Positions 8,867-14,895 of a DNA stretch of 36,284 nt are shown here, one piece after another. The notes under the pieces were generated by a model that made no database searches, had not been told where the DNA came from, and was given only the letters and a program-made list of their open reading frames with translations. Source of the stretch: a virus (Duplodnaviria; Heunggongvirae; Uroviricota; Caudoviricetes); the IMG/VR virus record IMGVR_UViG_3300043399_000371, positions 1-36,284 of that record; one strand, 5' to 3'. Position numbers and translations under genes: made by a program. Each line of letters starts with the position of its first letter. The stretch's first letter is position 1.

Positions 8867-9288
8867 TTGTTTGTTGCTGCCTCATTAAGAATATTGACCA
8901 CTTCTCCAACAACTTTACATTCTTTATCCATCTTCTCGGAGTTTTCAGCAATCTTTTGTTGTGTCTCTTGTTGCTTCTCTTTTATTTTTATGACTCTATC
9001 ACGATAAACATATTTAATCTTTGTATTTACTTTCTTGGCATTTTCTTCAACAACTTCAAGCTTGTGTTGCCATTCTTTTTCTCTTTCTTTGAACTCATTT
9101 ACAACTGCCATTGCTCCTTCGAAATAAAGACCAATAACAACAACAGATATACCAACATATCTGATTATTAATTTTTGTGGAATCATAGTGAAAAAGGATG
9201 CTCCAAATAATGATACACCACAAAATAAAAAGAGGTGTATTAGAAAAGATGGGATGAAAGTAAATACAAAAATTAGAAAGTCAATCAT
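8863..9288 (-). CDS. Putative i-spanin
   Basis: N-terminal TM segments, then coiled coil and a late Cys; ATGA overlap with the lipoprotein gene. Confidence 0.7.
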   Translation of the reverse strand: MIDFLIFVFTFIPSFLIHLFLFCGVSLFGASFFTMIPQKLIIRYVGISVVVIGLYFEGAMAVVNEFKEREKEWQHKLEVVEENAKKVNTKIKYVYRDRVIKIKEKQQETQQKIAENSEKMDKECKVVGEVVNILNEAATNK

Positions 9289-9455
9289 TTTGGTGCTGAC
9301 CTTCTAAAGAAATTTTTGAATGGAATGACTTTTCTTTTATTTTTCTTGTCAACTCCGGGTTCTGATTGATTTGGAAGATTAGGATTGGGAACACCAATTC
9401 CAGCAACTGCACCACCACCAACAGAATTAACAGGAACTTCTTCGTTTAGTTTCAT
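9285..9455 (-). CDS. Small protein (56 aa): MKLNEEVPVNSVGGGAVAGIGVPNPNLPNQSEPGVDKKNKRKVIPFKNFFRRSAPK; possible head-associated peptide
   Basis: Not in ORF track; exactly fills the gap with ATGA overlaps at both ends. Confidence 0.75.
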   Translation of the reverse strand: MKLNEEVPVNSVGGGAVAGIGVPNPNLPNQSEPGVDKKNKRKVIPFKNFFRRSAPK

Positions 9456-9841
9456 TTATATTGCCTCAATGTATCTGCTATATTCTCGTCTATTTTTATA
9501 TCTGATGAGAATATATCTCGACCACGTATACCTTTTATTTTCTCTGGCATAATATTGAGGAAGAGTAGATATGTTTTTAGGTACGAATAAAAATCCTCAT
9601 TCACATTAAAAAATAGCAATCTAGTTGCTACTTCTGGACCAAAAACATTACAGAGAACAACGAGATGATTAATGACTAATCTTTCACGCAATTCTCCATA
9701 ATTTTTATATCTAGTGAATAAACGGTTTATGTAGTTAAACCGTTTATTATCTTCTTCATATTCACTTAATATACAATTAGGTTTATCATATGCTTTTATG
9801 CTATACAATAAAACATTTTCTTCATTCAAATCATCAAACAT
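9452..9841 (-). CDS. Conserved T4-like hypothetical protein (129 aa)
   Basis: KRFNYINRLF...ELRERLVINHLVVLCNVFG pattern, familiar from T4-like cyanophage and freshwater phage genomes. Confidence 0.7.
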   Translation of the reverse strand: MFDDLNEENVLLYSIKAYDKPNCILSEYEEDNKRFNYINRLFTRYKNYGELRERLVINHLVVLCNVFGPEVATRLLFFNVNEDFYSYLKTYLLFLNIMPEKIKGIRGRDIFSSDIKIDENIADTLRQYK

Positions 9842-10274
9842 TTTCTAATTTATGTAAGTCCTCGTCCTCTCTCATAATTCTTTCTATACCTGCTTCATCA
9901 GTCAATTCGGCATAGAAATCATAAGAACCATCATCATTCAAATAATATAAGAGATACAAATAAAATATTTCTTCATCATCCTCAAATTGTGGCATATCAT
10001 ATTGATCATATACTTTGCCAAATTGATTCATCTCCAACACAACTTCATCACCTTCAGGATCAAGTTCGTAAAGTGCTGGAATATCCAAACCATGCATATT
10101 AAGCACTTTACGAACTTTTTGTACTCCAATAACTGGTGACAAAATTATATCGTTTAACTCATTTCCCATGCGAAAATTAATCTTTGCACGAACCTCTGGA
10201 TTATCGATTGAAATCGAATTATCTTTTGGTGTTTCGTGTTTAATTACCGCTTGACCAGTTTCAATATTGTGCAT
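9834..10274 (-). CDS. Acidic hypothetical protein (146 aa)
   Basis: Tightly packed ORF in the late block. Confidence 0.7.
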   Translation of the reverse strand: MHNIETGQAVIKHETPKDNSISIDNPEVRAKINFRMGNELNDIILSPVIGVQKVRKVLNMHGLDIPALYELDPEGDEVVLEMNQFGKVYDQYDMPQFEDDEEIFYLYLLYYLNDDGSYDFYAELTDEAGIERIMREDEDLHKLENV

Positions 10275-10276
10275 AA

Positions 10277-10804
10277 TTATGAATTAGGGAAAATTGTGTT
10301 TTCAGCATCTCTAGTCATAGAACCCATTGCTACTAATGTTTCGTATTGTGTTCTATTTGCTCTTCCACCCATTACAATAGTGAATACTGCATTTGAATTT
10401 GCTACTGCTGCTGTTGGAGTTGTAGCATAAACACCACCAGAATTTAGAGTAACACTTGTGATTCGTTTTGAACCATCAGTAGTGATACTTGCATTTGCTA
10501 CAGTATTTGCTGTTCCGCCACCAGTAAAGGTAACAAACACATTGCCATCAGGACTGTATGAATTTGTATTGGCTGAAATAGAAATGATTGGACCTGTTCC
10601 AACTTTTCTCAAATTCCATCCTGCGTGTTGTATTTTCTTCCCGTCACCAGTTGTAATACCTGCTTCGGTTGTATCTACACCAAATATTCCGTATGATGTA
10701 GTATTTCCAAATAGTGCTTGACCATTTGCAGAAACACCATGACCACCAGCATCTGCGGATTTTGGTGCGTTATTAGCTTGATCGTATGATCCCCATAAAG
10801 CCAT
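10277..10804 (-). CDS. Probable virion structural/decoration protein (MALWG family)
   Basis: MALWG N-terminus, HAGW and ETLVAM motifs, G/T/N/S-rich beta content; AGGAG SD and late promoter upstream. Confidence 0.7.
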   Translation of the reverse strand: MALWGSYDQANNAPKSADAGGHGVSANGQALFGNTTSYGIFGVDTTEAGITTGDGKKIQHAGWNLRKVGTGPIISISANTNSYSPDGNVFVTFTGGGTANTVANASITTDGSKRITSVTLNSGGVYATTPTAAVANSNAVFTIVMGGRANRTQYETLVAMGSMTRDAENTIFPNS

Positions 10805-10835
10805 TTCGTTCTCCTAAGAATTGGATTTTATTTTA

Positions 10836-10843
10836 GTATTTAG
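10836..10843 (-). promoter_or_regulatory. T4-like late promoter (CTAAATA)
   Basis: TAAATA at 10842-10837, about 33 nt upstream of the structural gene start. Confidence 0.65.
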
Positions 10844-10986
10844 GTTTTTACCAAAGTGTCTTTTTCGCTTATCTCAGGTTCTGGATCAAACTTGTCCTGA
10901 CCGTTGACTTTAACTTTTTTCTTTATAATGTCTTTGACAATTTGTTTCTTTCTTTCTTCTATTTCTTCTCTTGTAAGATTTTTCAT
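10840..10986 (-). CDS. Small charged protein (48 aa): MKNLTREEIEERKKQIVKDIIKKKVKVNGQDKFDPEPEISEKDTLVKT
   Basis: Not in ORF track; starts 2 nt after the HicA-like stop; its stop overlaps the late promoter. Confidence 0.6.
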   Translation of the reverse strand: MKNLTREEIEERKKQIVKDIIKKKVKVNGQDKFDPEPEISEKDTLVKT

Positions 10987-10988
10987 TT

Positions 10989-11270
10989 TCAGAAATCCCA
11001 ATATGGTAAATTTTTTTCTTCGTGGTGCGCTTTTATCGCAGTTCTTGTTCTTCTTAGAGCATCTGGTTTTATGTCTTTACCGTGATGATTCCAGCCAGTA
11101 GCAATAAAACCAGTTTCTTTATGCCTCCATTTAGGATGGTCGCCTTTTTCTGTAACAGGCTCATAACCAAGTGATTTTAACCACTCAATACCATCCTTGT
11201 GCTTCTTTCCGACAGCATTCCACTCTAACAAAGAATTTGAATTTTCTCTGAATAGTTTTAAATTAATCAT
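10989..11270 (-). CDS. HicA-like (dsRBD-fold) RNase with N-terminal leader
   Basis: IEWLKSLGYEPVTEKGDHPKWRH...NHHGKDIKPDALRR follows the HicA pattern L...G....R.KGSH....H....P.H.GKDL..GTL. Confidence 0.7.
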   Translation of the reverse strand: MINLKLFRENSNSLLEWNAVGKKHKDGIEWLKSLGYEPVTEKGDHPKWRHKETGFIATGWNHHGKDIKPDALRRTRTAIKAHHEEKNLPYWDF

Positions 11271-12076
11271 TTGTTGCTCTTCTCTGGGTGTTTATCGTAA
11301 TAAGCACCTAATGCCATTTTGATTCTTTCTTTCTTTGATTTGCCTTCAAATCTTGGATCAGCAGAATTTACAAAATCTGTTATCCACTCTGATGCTTCGG
11401 CGTCTCTTGAAATAACTTCATCTAATTGTTTCTGAAAAGACATTTCTTCAATTTTCTCACCAAGCTTTTCTTTCTTAATTCTCTTCAGATTTTCTAGATC
11501 ACTCATGGTATCTTTTCGTTTCAAATCTGCAAGCTTTAGTGGTGCTTCGCCTTTTTGCTTACGGAGATATGCTGGAATGTCTGCCTTTTGCACTTCTTCT
11601 TTCTGAAATTTTGAATTGTTTGATTTTTCTGCTGAAGAGTGATACCATTTCTTTTTATCACCATCGAAACGCATACCTTCTGCTTTTGCTTCATCTTTTT
11701 GTTTGAATGGTACTTTATGATAAATTTTTTCTGATGGTTGTGTGGTATGTTTTTGTTTTCTATTCCACTCTTCATCTTCTTTTGCGGTACGTTCCCAACC
11801 TTCATCGTCTTCTCGACCACGGGCACCACCAATACCACGATAAGGAACACCGCGACCAATATAACGCGATTCGTCCAATTCCGATTCTTCTTTCTGAATA
11901 GTTACACCTTTTGATGATGCAGCACTAATCTTTTTCTTGATCTTGCCTTGGCTTTGGTCCTGTGCAATCTTGATTTCTTTATTGAACTCTTCTTCAGTTG
12001 CCTCCTCGACCATCAATTCAGAAAGTGCTTTTAGCCTATTTTCTTTATATGATTCTACTAGTTTTGAAAATTTCAT
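11267..12076 (-). CDS. Highly charged head-associated/core-like protein with an internal DUF5710-like module
   Basis: KIYHKVPFKQKDEAKAEGMRFDGDKKKWY module; many (L/I/V)xE sites; C-terminal FEGKSKKERIKMALGAYY. Confidence 0.6.
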   Translation of the reverse strand: MKFSKLVESYKENRLKALSELMVEEATEEEFNKEIKIAQDQSQGKIKKKISAASSKGVTIQKEESELDESRYIGRGVPYRGIGGARGREDDEGWERTAKEDEEWNRKQKHTTQPSEKIYHKVPFKQKDEAKAEGMRFDGDKKKWYHSSAEKSNNSKFQKEEVQKADIPAYLRKQKGEAPLKLADLKRKDTMSDLENLKRIKKEKLGEKIEEMSFQKQLDEVISRDAEASEWITDFVNSADPRFEGKSKKERIKMALGAYYDKHPEKSNK

Positions 12077-12086
12077 TTGTTTGTCC

Positions 12087-12887
12087 TTATAAGTATGCGT
12101 TTGAAATTAAATAACCTTCTATTTGCCCACCAATCCTACTTGTTCCAGTTGTTGAAGATACTTGCCATTGAATATCTGTTTTTTCAAAATATGGGCGAGG
12201 AACAACTTTTAAAGAATTGTATGTACTGACAAATGGGAAAGTTAAAATTATATTAATGACTCCAGTATTAGTTTTCGTCCAAGATCTATATAATGCAGTC
12301 TGACTTCCTGTTTGATTTGTGTACCAATTCGATTGAGTTAAAAAGAATGTAAAACCAGCAGGAACCGTATATACTGTCATTTGACTCCTACCGAAACTTG
12401 CATCTGTTGGACTACCAATATAAGCAAGAGTAATAACTTTATCTAAACTTCCTGCTCTTATTTTTCCAACATTTTCTGGAGTCTGTGTAATATTCAGAGA
12501 GTTTATTCTTAAAAAATTATTTACGGTAGAAACACCAACTGTACCATTTGTCAAAACAACAGTCTCAACTATTTGAGCGTAATTAGCATCAAGACCAACT
12601 ATTCGAATACTAACATTTGTATCTGATGCACTATCACTCCAAACAAGAACTTTTTGTGCTGATGGAAAATAAACATATTCCCCATTTTCCCATGCTGGAA
12701 CGAATGTTGTACCAACCGCAGAATTATAGCCGGAAATACTCAGCCCAGTAACACCCGGAACTTTCCCCATTGCAACTTGAAGTGCAAAATCACCACTTTG
12801 TAATGTGGTATAATCTGGCATAACAACTTCATAAATGTCTCTATTGATATGTAATAGAGAACCAGTATTTTTACTATACTGTGACAA
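12087..12887 (-). CDS. Probable structural protein (beta-rich, 266 aa; TTG start uncertain)
   Basis: IVGLDANY...ETVVL, FLRIN and QMTVYTVPAG motifs seen in phage virion proteins; in the late block. Confidence 0.6.
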   Translation of the reverse strand: MSQYSKNTGSLLHINRDIYEVVMPDYTTLQSGDFALQVAMGKVPGVTGLSISGYNSAVGTTFVPAWENGEYVYFPSAQKVLVWSDSASDTNVSIRIVGLDANYAQIVETVVLTNGTVGVSTVNNFLRINSLNITQTPENVGKIRAGSLDKVITLAYIGSPTDASFGRSQMTVYTVPAGFTFFLTQSNWYTNQTGSQTALYRSWTKTNTGVINIILTFPFVSTYNSLKVVPRPYFEKTDIQWQVSSTTGTSRIGGQIEGYLISNAYL

Positions 12888-13265
12888 TTAGCATCTCCAA
12901 CGTCTTAGGGCTTTATTAATTCTTGAATCTGGATCGTTTGCAGTTTTAGCAGAAGTCAAACGTCTCTTCATACCAGACATTCTGCTACAGAAAGCTTTTC
13001 TACGATCTGCACGTTTTCCTTTTGGATTTTTCTCGGTAACAGCAGTTTGTAATTTTGAGCCGGGATTTTCTCTCTTATAAGCATTGACTGCTGCCTGACT
13101 CAAACCATCAGTATTATCTTGACGATTAACTTTTTGCCAATCTTCTTTTACTGGAACACAATTTGGCACCTCTTTACCATTTTTCTTCTTTGTGCCATAC
13201 TGTTCATATCCTTTCCAACAAGGGTCTTTTTCTTTCTCTTCTAAAAACTCTAAAAACGATTTCAT
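12888..13265 (-). CDS. Head-associated protein, DUF6321-like, with capsid-targeting-like leader
   Basis: MKSFLEFLEE leader; PCWKGY...VPNCV module; RENPGSKLQTAVT...RRKAFCSRM...SRINKALRRWRC. Confidence 0.7.
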   Translation of the reverse strand: MKSFLEFLEEKEKDPCWKGYEQYGTKKKNGKEVPNCVPVKEDWQKVNRQDNTDGLSQAAVNAYKRENPGSKLQTAVTEKNPKGKRADRRKAFCSRMSGMKRRLTSAKTANDPDSRINKALRRWRC

Positions 13266-14806
13266 ATTGTCCTCTTTGATTTAAAAGAACTCAATGAAAT
13301 CCCCTTCTTCTTGAGTTCGTCTTCTTTTTGTGCAGACATAGTATTCAACATCTCACCACCATCGCCAATATTTTCTTCTAGTGGTGGGTCTTTCTTTATT
13401 CTGCTTCCCTTTTTGTCTGCTGGTCTTGCAAGATTCTCACCAGATGCTGCCATAGACATTCCGGGTTCGATTCCCTTATCAATCGACTCTTTTATTTTTT
13501 TCCTGAAGTCTGTGAGTGTTTTGATTGGACGTTCGCTGTTTGGGTCTTTTTCCCCTTTGAAGGTCTTTTGTAGTAACGTTTCTTGGGCGGCAGAGGCATT
13601 GTTGAGATTTCTGTCGATTCCTTCGGTGAGATAACCACTTCTTCTTGTTTCTTCTCTTGTTCCGGTTCTTGTTTCTTGAACCAACTTATAAGCTTTGTCC
13701 ATAATGCTTTCATTTTGTTTTTCCTTTTTAATATCATCATTTGTTATTGTTGATGATTTTAGTGGTATATCAGTTTTTACGATTCCCTTTCCTAAAGTTA
13801 TGGAATCGGTTTTATCAGAAAGATCGTAATTAGATTTAGTTTCATTACCTGTCAATGATGTCAATAATTGTTTTAGTTCGTCGGTTGTATCGGCATTATA
13901 TGTAACAGATACTGCCTCTGAAAGAAAATCTGCAAAGGTATTATTCAAAGTTTCTTTTATTTTCTCTTTCTCTTTTGGCAATTCTGTCAATTTATCTTGA
14001 AGAGCAACATGAGTTACTTCATCTTTTGTGCCATAACGATTTTTGCCGTGATATAGAAGTCCTTTTTGTTTTGCTTCTTTTGCGGCATTTGAACTTGAAT
14101 GTGGTTGTTGTTTAGCCAATGATGGTTTGCGACTAATTTTTGTTAGTTCACTATCGATCCATTCTTTTGCTTTAGGTGATGCGTGTGGTCTGGATAAAAA
14201 TTCTGCATGAACTTGTTTGTGTTGTTTTAACAGATCCTTTTCGGATTTGATTTCTTCTGGTGTTGCAGTTGAAAGATCTTTTGAGTTATCATATTCGATA
14301 TAGTTGTTACCGAACATTTTGGCGTATCTTGAACGGGCGGACTGAACCTTTTGCCATTTCTTTCTTCTGATGTTCTCATCAGTAACCCTACCACCATTCT
14401 TTGCTCTTTCTATGTTTCGTTTTTGTGATGTTTTATCGTCAACATGAACAAAAGCCATAGATGTGTCATAACCAAGATTCTCTAGATGGTCTTTTATACC
14501 TTTTACTTTTTCATGATCCTCACCAGAACCACTAATCAATAATCCATTACGACCAAGAATTGCTAACTTGCTTTTCAATTCTGCTGGTGATTGAACTTTT
14601 TTGTGTTGTTGACTGTGAATATCTTTGAGATGATTGTGAAGATTGTCTAGATCAACCTCTACCAATCCATGATCTTTTAGTGTATGCTTCATGTACCAAT
14701 CTTTACCAGAACCTGTACCACCAACGGAAAAGATTGCTTTGTGGGTTCCATAATCTAAGACATTCTCTTTAAGAAAATGTGAGAAACTTTCATTTATTGA
14801 ATTCAT
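13262..14806 (-). CDS. Zeta-toxin/AAA_33-like P-loop kinase domain followed by a long charged tail (514 aa)
   Basis: AIFSVGGTGSGKD Walker A; LENLGYDTSMAFV; lid SQKRNIERAKNGGRV. Confidence 0.7.
   Translation of the reverse strand: MNSINESFSHFLKENVLDYGTHKAIFSVGGTGSGKDWYMKHTLKDHGLVEVDLDNLHNHLKDIHSQQHKKVQSPAELKSKLAILGRNGLLISGSGEDHEKVKGIKDHLENLGYDTSMAFVHVDDKTSQKRNIERAKNGGRVTDENIRRKKWQKVQSARSRYAKMFGNNYIEYDNSKDLSTATPEEIKSEKDLLKQHKQVHAEFLSRPHASPKAKEWIDSELTKISRKPSLAKQQPHSSSNAAKEAKQKGLLYHGKNRYGTKDEVTHVALQDKLTELPKEKEKIKETLNNTFADFLSEAVSVTYNADTTDELKQLLTSLTGNETKSNYDLSDKTDSITLGKGIVKTDIPLKSSTITNDDIKKEKQNESIMDKAYKLVQETRTGTREETRRSGYLTEGIDRNLNNASAAQETLLQKTFKGEKDPNSERPIKTLTDFRKKIKESIDKGIEPGMSMAASGENLARPADKKGSRIKKDPPLEENIGDGGEMLNTMSAQKEDELKKKGISLSSFKSKRTI
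13492..13713 (-). CDS. Candidate overprinted small protein (73 aa, MKALWTKLISWFKK...) in an alternative frame of 13262..14806
   Basis: AAGGAA SD 7 nt upstream of the ATG at 13713; amphipathic N-terminal helix, then an acidic and a basic segment. Confidence 0.45.
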   Translation of the reverse strand: MKALWTKLISWFKKQEPEQEKKQEEVVISPKESTEISTMPLPPKKRYYKRPSKGKKTQTANVQSKHSQTSGKK

Positions 14807-14837
14807 TAACGCTACCTCTACAGTAGAAACTTTATAT

Positions 14838-14851
14838 TATTTAGTATTTAT
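14838..14851 (-). promoter_or_regulatory. Tandem T4-like late promoter motifs (ATAAATA, CTAAATA) for the leftward head/lysis block
   Basis: Minus-strand CATAAATACTAAATA upstream of the GAGGT SD and ATG at 14806. Confidence 0.65.
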
Positions 14852-14857
14852 GGTTTT

Positions 14858-14865
14858 TATAAATA
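14858..14865 (+). promoter_or_regulatory. Perfect T4 late promoter TATAAATA for the ART-kinase operon
   Basis: Exact consensus 30 nt upstream of the ATG at 14896. Confidence 0.75.
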
Positions 14866-14895
14866 TAGAATAAAACATTTTTTCGGGATTGTACA

